Below are positions 1 to 5,949 of a stretch of DNA of 5,949 bases, piece after piece. Each line of letters starts with the position of its first letter. The first letter of the stretch is position 1. The position numbers and the translations under genes were made by a program. The stretch comes from a virus (lineage: Duplodnaviria > Heunggongvirae > Uroviricota > Caudoviricetes), in IMG/VR virus record IMGVR_UViG_3300028969_000052. One strand, given 5' to 3'. The notes under the pieces are model-generated. The model saw nothing but the letters and a program-made list of their open reading frames with translations, had not been told where the DNA came from and did not search any database.

Positions 1-173
1 CGCTTGCCATGCCCGAACATTTCAATCCAGCGATATTCTGCCTGGGTGTGTTCACGCGCAATGAAGAACGTACAACCGGCTATCGCCCCGTAAACCCAGT
101 TTCCGGTAAAAAGACCAATCAGTACCTGCGCAGCCACAGCACAAAGCGCATGAAGAAAAGGTGTTATATCCAT
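1..173 (-). CDS. Small hydrophobic (probably membrane) protein, 5' part only; ORF runs off the window start. Translation from ATG at 173-171: MDITPFLHALCAVAAQVLIGLFTGNWVYGAIAGCTFFIAREHTQAEYRWIEMFGHGKR...
   Basis: Seen in sequence: ATG at 173-171 preceded by a strong Shine-Dalgarno AGGAGG (plus 176-181, 4-nt spacer), only 10 nt after the stop of the upstream 234-aa gene; open frame with no stop to position 1. Absent from the ORF track, probably because it is short and has no in-window stop. The hydrophobic stretch suggests a transmembrane helix. Function unknown. Confidence 0.45.
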   Translation of the reverse strand, partial: MDITPFLHALCAVAAQVLIGLFTGNWVYGAIAGCTFFIAREHTQAEYRWIEMFGHGK

Positions 174-183
174 TACTCCTCCT

Positions 184-888
184 TTATCTAATATCGCTTC
201 GGGAAGTTAATAACAACTTTAATTCTGACTCAAGTTCATCAACTCTTTCAGTCAGTTTCTGGATATGGTGAATCAGTGGAACAACCAGACGTTCGTACAT
301 TACACCTTCGGCAACAAGGCCATTGCTGGAAATAGCTTCAGGAGCATCATCTTCGTTAGCTGGTCGCCAGTGTACAAACTGAGGAGCAATTTCTCCTACT
401 TCCTCGGCAATCAATCCGTAGAATCCCCAGTCACGCCTGTCATTTTCGCATTGCGACCTGTACCACACAGGGCGCATCCTGAAAATGAGATCGGCGTGCT
501 CTGAATCTATTGTCTCTACTGAATGTTTATAGCGGATAGACGATGTTGACCGCAGTACAGACGAAATTGCAGGGTCAGGATTAAGATAAAGGTTTGCCGC
601 CGCTGTAGTCGTGGCCAAATTCCATAAATAAAACGCTTCACGACCTGTCAGTGGATAAAAATCTCCGCCATAACGACCACTTTCCAGATCGTTCACTTCC
701 ACTTTGTTTTTCAGCTTATTATCAACTTCAGTTTTTGTGTATCTGGAGCTGATATCCTGCTTTGCACTGGTCATATCAGTCTGAAGCGTTGATACTTTAC
801 TGTTAATTGAGGAAATATCTTCCTTCGCTTTACTGACATCTCCCTTCAGCGTGGTGATGTCTCCCGGAATTACTGTCGATGTAGCCAT
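184..888 (-). CDS. Tail-fibre-like protein (234 aa): N-terminal ~115 aa of coiled-coil/fibre-like sequence plus a C-terminal intramolecular chaperone auto-processing domain (Peptidase_S74 / endosialidase-chaperone type)
   Basis: ORF track 184..888. SD-like GAGGGAG 5-6 nt upstream of the ATG at 888-886. The C-terminal half (SSIRYKHSVETIDSEHADLIFRMRPVWYRSQ...GFYGLIAEEVGEIAPQFV...GVMYERLVVPLIHHIQKLTERVDELESEL) follows the conserved pattern I recall for the C-terminal intramolecular chaperone domain of endosialidase and phage tail fibres. Domain assignment is from memory, not a search. Confidence 0.7.
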   Translation of the reverse strand: MATSTVIPGDITTLKGDVSKAKEDISSINSKVSTLQTDMTSAKQDISSRYTKTEVDNKLKNKVEVNDLESGRYGGDFYPLTGREAFYLWNLATTTAAANLYLNPDPAISSVLRSTSSIRYKHSVETIDSEHADLIFRMRPVWYRSQCENDRRDWGFYGLIAEEVGEIAPQFVHWRPANEDDAPEAISSNGLVAEGVMYERLVVPLIHHIQKLTERVDELESELKLLLTSRSDIR

Positions 889-897
889 TTGTCTCCC

Positions 898-1179
898 TCA
901 CATCCAGCCACGAAGTTGATGTTCAACAACAACCGCGTATTCATCGAATATTGACGATTTTTTTGCATCATTAATGATGCGCACGTTTACAAAATATCCG
1001 TCTTCCTTAACACATACCGGTTCGCCATCTTCAGTCAGTTCTCCGGTTTCTTTGTACACGTTACCTATCACGTCAATAAGAATATCATCCTGCATCGACT
1101 CGTCATCATAATAGCCAGCACTCTTCATAAAGGCCGAAAAGTCGGCCTTGTCTGTGAATTTGATAATTAAATCTCGCAT
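898..1179 (-). CDS. Hypothetical acidic 93-aa protein, translationally coupled to the side tail fibre gene; possibly a fibre-specific chaperone or assembly factor (speculative)
   Basis: ORF track 898..1179. Its ATG (1179-1177) overlaps the stf stop codon (1181-1179) by one nucleotide (TAATG on the minus strand). Acidic composition, no recognisable similarity to lambda Tfa. AT-rich like the distal part of stf. Confidence 0.55.
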   Translation of the reverse strand: MRDLIIKFTDKADFSAFMKSAGYYDDESMQDDILIDVIGNVYKETGELTEDGEPVCVKEDGYFVNVRIINDAKKSSIFDEYAVVVEHQLRGWM

Positions 1180-3563
1180 TATATTATCTCTCCCATTTGC
1201 GCATCGGTTAATTCTTTATGCCATATTCTAAAATTCCTGATATAACCAAATAAATGACGTAAGCCGGCTGTAGTCTGGCCTCCAATCCTTATACCTGTAG
1301 CACCACTAACACTCTTCCACGTTGTTGATGCTGGTGTTGATAAAACCCCATTGCAGCCAGCCTGAAACTTGCCATCGCTTTTTATTCTATATACAGCGAT
1401 AATCTTTCTTGGGTAATTTCCAGGTGGAAATGATATTTGATTACCAAATTGAACATATGGAGTTCCTACACTACCTGCTGTATTTCTGAATGCAAAAACA
1501 AAAGCGTCGTCTTTTGTTTTAAATCCTGTTATATCATAAATTCTAGGCGCGGAATTTGGTGCTATAGACCAATTTTTATTCACTTCAACCATGCAGGTTA
1601 AAGGTTTGCTGGTCATGTTATTTTTACAAGGCAATGTAACAATATCGCTTGCTCGCGTTGATGCAACTGTATCGGAAATGATAAAAGATGATGCGCATGA
1701 GCCGCCTTCAAATTGTGGTGTCGTAACATCCAAATATTCCCCGCCCAAATAAGTTCCAGGTGAAACAGGTGGAGCAATTTGGATCTGAGAGCCAACCATA
1801 TTATCAATAGCTTCAGATTGATATGTAACCTCGAAATAAATCCATCCATTAGATTCTTTCTCCGCTCGGGCGGTTATTCTTGCAGCCCCTCCTCCCGTTT
1901 TTCTAATGGACATATCTGTTATATTAGGATATGCATCTGCCAGATAAAAATATGCGGACCCGTCATATCTTTCAAATCTTATACGACATTGTATATTAGC
2001 ACTATCGCTTTTTACACGACATGATGTTGTAACATACTTTTCAGTTCCAGTAACATCGACACCTCTTCCTCCTGAAACCGCAGCGATATTCATTGTCGTA
2101 TTTGTCCCAATTTTTTCGTCCTTTATTTGAAACCGCCCATAAGTAAAGCCAAACTCATCAACACCACTTTCTGTTATAGTTACACTTGTTGTAGCTCCCC
2201 ACTTAGATGGCGTAAGTGAATTAAGATGATAGTTGGTTCTTTGTCCTTCAATCAGCAAACCTTCTCGTTCAAATCGCGGTTCGTCAACTTCAGCAACGGT
2301 TAATACTCCTGATTTATTAATGTATGTTGCACCTGATGCGCGTTTGAAGCTAACAACCTTATCGGATGGCATTTTAATAACATCATCACCTACAGTTATT
2401 TGCTTATAACCAGGCGAAAAGCCAGCAAGCATATCCAGTGAATCGTTAAACGGTATCCACACATCGGGAAGCGGCTGCAAAACTTGTTTATACGGCTCCG
2501 CAGCCTGGCTTGCATACTCTCTGGCTGCGTCTTCACTTGCTTTTGCAGCCGTCTGGCTTGCAGCGGATGCTTTCGCCGAGTTAGCCGCCGCAGTCTCGCT
2601 CGCCTTTGCGTTGGTTTCACTGGTTTTTGCAGCTTTTTGACTGTTGGCTGATGCAGTGGCAGAAGAAGCCGCCGCACTTGCAGAACCAGCTGCGGCACTC
2701 TCGCTTTGGGCCGCTGCATCCTGACTGTTTTTCGCCGCAGTTTCGCTGGCTTTGGCATTCGTTTCGCTGGTCTTCGCTGCCGTCTGGCTGGACTTTGCGT
2801 TGGTTTCGCTCGTCTTCGCTGCTTTCTGGCTGTTAGCTGCAGCAGTTGCTGATCCAGCTGCTGAAGTCGCAGAACCGGCTGCAGCACTCTCGCTTTCGGC
2901 TGCTGCAGCCTGACTGCTTTTCGCCGCAGTTTCACTGGTTTTGGCATTCGTTTCGCTTGTTTTCGCTGCCGTCTGGCTGGACTTTGCGTTGGTTTCGCTC
3001 GTCTTTGCTGCTGTCTCGCTATTTTTCGCGTTGTTTTCTGATTTTTTAGCTGCTGTCGCGGAGTTTGCCGATGCAGTCTGCGAGGCCGCTGCCGCCTGTG
3101 CGCTGTTAGCTGCATTCGTTTCTGAGGTTTTCGCNNNNNNNNNNNNNNNNNNNNNNNCCGCTGCTGTTTCTGATTTCTTTGCTGCCGCTGCGCTCTGAGA
3201 GGCGGCTTCAGCGTTGTGTGCCGCTTCTTCCACCATTGCCTCAAAACGACGCAATGCCTCCGGCATGACATCATCTTCCGTCATGGCACCGAGAAAATCA
3301 TTCAGCGTACCTGGTCTGGAACCTTCATAGACGGTAATGGTTCCGGCATGTGAAGGCGGAAAACCTTCAACCAGCAGGATAACGCTATACTGGCCATACT
3401 CAACGTCCATGCTGTAACGCCCGGCTTCATCCGGATTTTCAGAGGCCACCGTGTTCACCAGTACAGTGGTGCTGTTACGCTTTGCCTTCAGTTGAATAGT
3501 GCAGTTCTGTATTGGTTTTCCCGCACCATCTTTCAGCACACCTGAGATTTTTACTGCTGCCAT
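1179..3563 (-). CDS. stf: Side tail fibre protein (lambda Stf-like N-terminus, repetitive Ala-rich shaft, distal domain ending in a probable ConA/LamG-like lectin fold); contains a 23-nt N-run
   Basis: ORF track 1179..3569 opens at a GTG that overlaps the SD. The likely true start is the ATG at 3563-3561 (GGAG, 5-nt spacer, ATG), giving MAAVKISGVLKDGAGKPIQNCTIQLKAKRNSTTV..., which matches the lambda Stf N-terminus as I recall it. The frame stays coherent across the N-run 3135-3157. The C-terminal motif GLRHLFGYIRNFRIWHKELTDAQMGEI resembles the end of LamG-type lectin domains (from memory). Confidence 0.85.
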   Translation of the reverse strand: MAAVKISGVLKDGAGKPIQNCTIQLKAKRNSTTVLVNTVASENPDEAGRYSMDVEYGQYSVILLVEGFPPSHAGTITVYEGSRPGTLNDFLGAMTEDDVMPEALRRFEAMVEEAAHNAEAASQSAAAAKKSETAAXXXXXXXXAKTSETNAANSAQAAAASQTASANSATAAKKSENNAKNSETAAKTSETNAKSSQTAAKTSETNAKTSETAAKSSQAAAAESESAAAGSATSAAGSATAAANSQKAAKTSETNAKSSQTAAKTSETNAKASETAAKNSQDAAAQSESAAAGSASAAASSATASANSQKAAKTSETNAKASETAAANSAKASAASQTAAKASEDAAREYASQAAEPYKQVLQPLPDVWIPFNDSLDMLAGFSPGYKQITVGDDVIKMPSDKVVSFKRASGATYINKSGVLTVAEVDEPRFEREGLLIEGQRTNYHLNSLTPSKWGATTSVTITESGVDEFGFTYGRFQIKDEKIGTNTTMNIAAVSGGRGVDVTGTEKYVTTSCRVKSDSANIQCRIRFERYDGSAYFYLADAYPNITDMSIRKTGGGAARITARAEKESNGWIYFEVTYQSEAIDNMVGSQIQIAPPVSPGTYLGGEYLDVTTPQFEGGSCASSFIISDTVASTRASDIVTLPCKNNMTSKPLTCMVEVNKNWSIAPNSAPRIYDITGFKTKDDAFVFAFRNTAGSVGTPYVQFGNQISFPPGNYPRKIIAVYRIKSDGKFQAGCNGVLSTPASTTWKSVSGATGIRIGGQTTAGLRHLFGYIRNFRIWHKELTDAQMGEII
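2637..3014. repeat. Two near-identical tandem direct repeats of ~189 bp (63 codons) inside the stf shaft, with nested ~42-bp (AKTSETNAKSSQTA-type) sub-repeats; the degenerate Ala/Ser/Thr/Lys repeat region extends over ~2500-3230
   Basis: Seen directly: the stretch ~2696-2820 is almost identical to ~2886-3010. The protein shows AKTSETNAKSSQTAAKTSETNAKTSETAAKSSQAAAAESESAAAGSATSAAGSATAAANSQKA followed by a near copy. Confidence 0.8.
3135..3157. other. Run of 23 N (assembly gap or masked bases) inside stf
   Basis: Literal N characters. The reading frame and the repeat pattern of stf are continuous on both sides. Confidence 0.95.
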
Positions 3564-3574
3564 ATCCACTCCAC

Positions 3575-3600
3575 AAAAAAGCCCGCCTGAACCGGCGGGC
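3575..3600 (-). terminator. Rho-independent terminator downstream of lom, directly abutting the stf ribosome-binding site
   Basis: Minus-strand RNA: GCCCGCC-GGUUCA-GGCGGGC followed by UUUUUU (perfect 7-bp GC stem, 6-nt loop, U6). The U-tract ends 2 nt before the stf SD. Confidence 0.7.
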
Positions 3601-3623
3601 TGTCATAACACTGTGTTACCTGG

Positions 3624-4217
3624 CTAATCAGAATTTATAACCGACANNNNNNNNNNNNNNNNNNNNNNNNNNNNNNNNNNNNNNNNNNNNNNNNNNNNNN
3701 NNNNNNNNNNNNNNNNNNNNAACTGCACGCCAGCCCCCCACGCCAGAGACGTGTTGCTGTGGCGACCGTCATCACTTCCGGTCAGCACATCGTGCGTATC
3801 CCCCTTGTTGTCGGTCACCTGAAGATAATCCCCGGAAAAAGTCGACACACGGCTGTAAGCCACACCCGCGATCGCATACGCGCTGAACCATTCATTCACG
3901 CGCACAGACGGCCCCGCCATCACGCTGAACCAGCGGTTACGCACTGAATCTTCATGCCAGCGGGTATCGCTGTAATGCGTTTTTTGCTCATCTTTGGCAT
4001 TGGCATAACTGAATGACGTCACCAGCCCCAGCGTGTCCGTAAATTCATAACGGTATTTCACGTTAATGCCCTTCAGGTCATCACTGCCTGGCATATCAGT
4101 ATGGGTCTGAAGATACCCGGCGCTTAGTGTGGACTGATGCTCTGCTGCGCTCGCTGGCGTACCAGCGGCAACCAGCCAGACTACTGCGGACAGAATAACA
4201 GCACATAATTTACGCAT
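3624..4217 (-). CDS. lom: Lom/Ail-family outer-membrane beta-barrel protein (lambda Lom homologue); interrupted by a 73-nt N-run near the 3' end
   Basis: ORF track 3624..4217. N-terminus MRKLCAVILSAV...AAGTPASA is signal-peptide-like, and EHQSTLSAGYL...GINVKYRYEFTDTLGLVTSFSY...WGAGVQ matches lambda Lom as I recall it. SD GAGAGG 6-7 nt upstream of the ATG at 4217. After the N-run the track frame ends ...SVINSD, but the adjacent frame ends ...VGYKF-stop, the typical aromatic C-terminus of this family, so the 3' coordinate is uncertain by a few nt. Confidence 0.85.
   Translation of the reverse strand: MRKLCAVILSAVVWLVAAGTPASAAEHQSTLSAGYLQTHTDMPGSDDLKGINVKYRYEFTDTLGLVTSFSYANAKDEQKTHYSDTRWHEDSVRNRWFSVMAGPSVRVNEWFSAYAIAGVAYSRVSTFSGDYLQVTDNKGDTHDVLTGSDDGRHSNTSLAWGAGVQXXXXXXXXXXXXXXXXXXXXXXXXXXSVINSD
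3648..3720. other. Run of ~73 N (assembly gap or masked bases) inside the lom 3' region
   Basis: Literal N characters. The frame relationship across the gap is not preserved relative to the expected Lom C-terminus. Confidence 0.95.
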
Positions 4218-4241
4218 AATTACCTCTCGCTTTTCTGCAAT

Positions 4242-4265
4242 AAAAAAGGCGTCATTTCTGGCGCC
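4242..4265 (-). terminator. Possible weak intrinsic terminator between J and lom
   Basis: Minus-strand RNA: GGCGCCA-GAAA-UGACGCC (7-bp stem with one C/A mismatch, GAAA loop) followed by UUUUUU. The imperfect stem lowers confidence. Confidence 0.35.
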
Positions 4266-4284
4266 CGTATCTGGGTTATAAAAT

Positions 4285-5949
4285 TCAGCTAATCGTGATG
4301 CCTGCAGTGGCTTTCTTCATCACCACAACCAGCAAATCGCTGATACTTGCTGTGGGATACCAGCCATTTACCAGCCATGCCGATACAGAAAATTCCAGTG
4401 TCATGACACCACTGCCTGCAGGCATATCAATAACACCCGTATATATCAGCGTATTATCCAGAGCCGTTCGGTTATAAATTTCAGCACCGTTTTTTCGTAC
4501 TATCAGACGGCATGAGGAGTAGATATCAGTATGATCTTGCTCATGTTTAGCGCCACTGAATGCCACCGCCGGGATAACAATTTGCCGGTCAAACGGCTGA
4601 TCGTCATAAACCCTGACGGTAATGGTTCCTGATGGCCACCGCTCCGGTGCACGGGAGTCCCGGGGGAAAGCTTTGCCCACTGTTTTAACGAGATCACCTT
4701 CAATCTGGTTGGCGGACAGTTTTCCCAGAACCCGACAGTTCTCGTTAATCGTGACGTTGTTGAGCGTCCCGGAGTTCGCATTCACGTTACCGCTGATATC
4801 GGCATTTTTCGCCGTCAGCCGCCCGTCCGGTGTCAGGGAAAATGCCGGAGGATTACCGCCGCTGGTAATGGTGGGAGCCGTCAGATATTTCAGGAACACT
4901 TCATTCATGTATATCTGATCGCCCTGCCCAACAAACATCGGCTTTGTGTTGCCATTCGCAGGATTAATCATCGCAATCCTGTCTGCCGCCAGCAGCACCT
5001 GACTCTGCATGCCGTCAGGGGTGTTTTCAATACCGGCACCAATACCCGCGATATAAAGGCGTCCGTCCTGCATCTGCTGCAGCTTCACAGCCCACATGCT
5101 GTTCAGGTTATTATTTGTATCAACCTGAACCTTCTGTATCTGCTGGATCGCTGCACTCTGGTCTTCCAGTTTCTTATTGACGGTCTGCGTGATTTCATTA
5201 CTGACATCCGTGATGGACGTTCTGATTTCCGCCAGGTCAGGCGCAAGCTGACCGTTATCAATCTGCGTCCACAACTCCTGAGCCAGATGGGTTTTCCCTA
5301 TCTCTCCTTTGAAAAAATCCAGATAGCCGGATGCATCATCACTCGGCTGGCCAACAGCCTCCACGAATGCCGATTTGCCAACGGTGTTCACACTGCGGAT
5401 GTAAAAATAATAATCATGGCCCGGCTTGATATTGATACTGGCAGCTATCCAGTACAGCGCCGTGCCAAGATAGCGGGCTGTGGTTTCAACCTGCCTGATA
5501 TCCGCAATCCGCTTTTCCGAGAACCAGAACTCAAACTGTACCGTCGGATCATAAACCGCAAGATGCGGCGTGGCGGTGATCTGAAAATAGCCCGGAGTCA
5601 GCTCAATCCGCGACGGCGCTGACGGTGCGGCAATCCGGAACGATACCGACGCCGGATCGCCCTGCTGCCCCCACGCATTTACTGCCCGGACTGTCAGCGT
5701 GTAACGCCCCAGCGCCAGTTGCCTGAAGCGGTATGTGGTTTCCGTCGTCCGGGCTGTGCTGACAAGCCGCTCACTGCCGTCATCCGCTGCCACGGTCAGG
5801 CGAAGCATAAAGCTCACCCCCTTCACCACCTTCGGCGTGTCCCATCGCGCCAGTACCTGATATTCCCCGCTGTCTGCGGTGACTTCGGCAGTCAGGTGCT
5901 GCACTGCTGGCGGCGTGACACCATTCACCGTGCCGCTCTGGTCACCGTC
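4285..5949 (-). CDS. J: Host-specificity protein J (central tail fibre / tip attachment protein), C-terminal ~555 codons; the 5' end lies beyond the window
   Basis: The ORF is open to the window edge. The M at 5928 in the track is an internal GTG and upstream codons read DGDQSGT without a stop. [33 protein letters not shown]...[22 protein letters not shown]...[21 protein letters not shown]...[20 protein letters not shown] matches lambda J as I recall it; the last ~150 aa diverge. Confidence 0.9.
   Translation of the reverse strand, partial: DGDQSGTVNGVTPPAVQHLTAEVTADSGEYQVLARWDTPKVVKGVSFMLRLTVAADDGSERLVSTARTTETTYRFRQLALGRYTLTVRAVNAWGQQGDPASVSFRIAAPSAPSRIELTPGYFQITATPHLAVYDPTVQFEFWFSEKRIADIRQVETTARYLGTALYWIAASINIKPGHDYYFYIRSVNTVGKSAFVEAVGQPSDDASGYLDFFKGEIGKTHLAQELWTQIDNGQLAPDLAEIRTSITDVSNEITQTVNKKLEDQSAAIQQIQKVQVDTNNNLNSMWAVKLQQMQDGRLYIAGIGAGIENTPDGMQSQVLLAADRIAMINPANGNTKPMFVGQGDQIYMNEVFLKYLTAPTITSGGNPPAFSLTPDGRLTAKNADISGNVNANSGTLNNVTINENCRVLGKLSANQIEGDLVKTVGKAFPRDSRAPERWPSGTITVRVYDDQPFDRQIVIPAVAFSGAKHEQDHTDIYSSCRLIVRKNGAEIYNRTALDNTLIYTGVIDMPAGSGVMTLEFSVSAWLVNGWYPTASISDLLVVVMKKATAGITIS

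Noticed and set aside
9-191. Plus-strand 60-aa ORF at the window start
   Set aside because: It has no SD and lies antisense to a minus-strand ORF that has a strong AGGAGG RBS and a membrane-protein-like translation, so the minus-strand reading is preferred.
1179-1300. Invertible tail fibre segment (Gin/Cin/Pin-type shufflon) at the fibre 3' end
   Set aside because: No recombinase gene is present in the window, I found no recognisable gix/cix-like inverted crossover sites flanking the distal module, and all downstream genes are co-oriented with stf.
265-2024. Plus-strand ORFs 265-504 and 1779-2024 and minus-strand ORF 1613-1849
   Set aside because: They overlap the 234-aa gene or the stf distal domain out of frame or antisense, with no translation signals, and are most likely chance ORFs.
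2500-3230. Possible CRISPR array or DGR template/variable repeat pair
   Set aside because: The repeats are contiguous in-frame coding tandem repeats (63-codon units) with no unique spacers, and they lie in the shaft, not the receptor-binding tip. No reverse transcriptase or cas genes are in the window.
2396-3274. 292-aa Arg/Gln-rich ORF on the minus strand, plus plus-strand ORFs 2606-2836, 2846-3049 and 2941-3198, all within the stf repeat region
   Set aside because: These are alternative frames of the GC-rich, low-complexity tandem-repeat DNA. Stop-free frames arise by chance from the repetitive composition, the repeated Arg-rich peptides mirror the repeats in the real frame, and the real frame has the Stf N-terminal match and the RBS.
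4218-4284. Searched for a sigma70 promoter for lom in the J-lom intergenic region
   Set aside because: There is a TTGCAG -35-like hexamer but no convincingly spaced -10 element before the ATG. A promoter may lie inside the J 3' end, but I cannot support a call from sequence alone.
4295-5622. Plus-strand ORFs antisense to J (4295-4477, 4622-4918, 5287-5622) and the minus-strand 92-aa ORF 4503-4781
   Set aside because: They lie entirely within the well-supported J coding region in other frames or on the other strand, lack RBSs, and have odd Arg/Pro-rich composition typical of spurious frames in GC-rich coding DNA.

Overview
The window reads as the distal end of the tail (late) gene block of a lambda-like (lambdoid) siphophage or prophage from an enterobacterial host, with every credible gene on the minus strand. 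In transcription order (high to low coordinates): the C-terminal ~555 codons of a host-specificity protein J (central tail fibre), a Lom/Ail-family outer-membrane protein, a strong intrinsic terminator, a mosaic side tail fibre (Stf-like), and three tightly packed small genes of unknown function. The side tail fibre has a lambda-Stf-like N-terminus, a GC-rich Ala/Ser/Thr/Lys shaft built from near-perfect tandem repeats, and an AT-rich distal module that appears to end in a ConA/LamG-like lectin domain. The small genes are a 93-aa acidic protein translationally coupled to stf, a 234-aa fibre-like protein carrying a C-terminal intramolecular-chaperone (Peptidase_S74-type) domain, and a small hydrophobic protein running off the window start. 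Two N-runs (3135-3157 and 3648-3720) interrupt stf and lom. I see no tRNA, rRNA, CRISPR array, IS element or integrase. All domain assignments are from reading the translations and from memory of the families; no searches were run. The most interesting part is the cassette downstream of stf (1-1179) and the modular architecture of the fibre itself.
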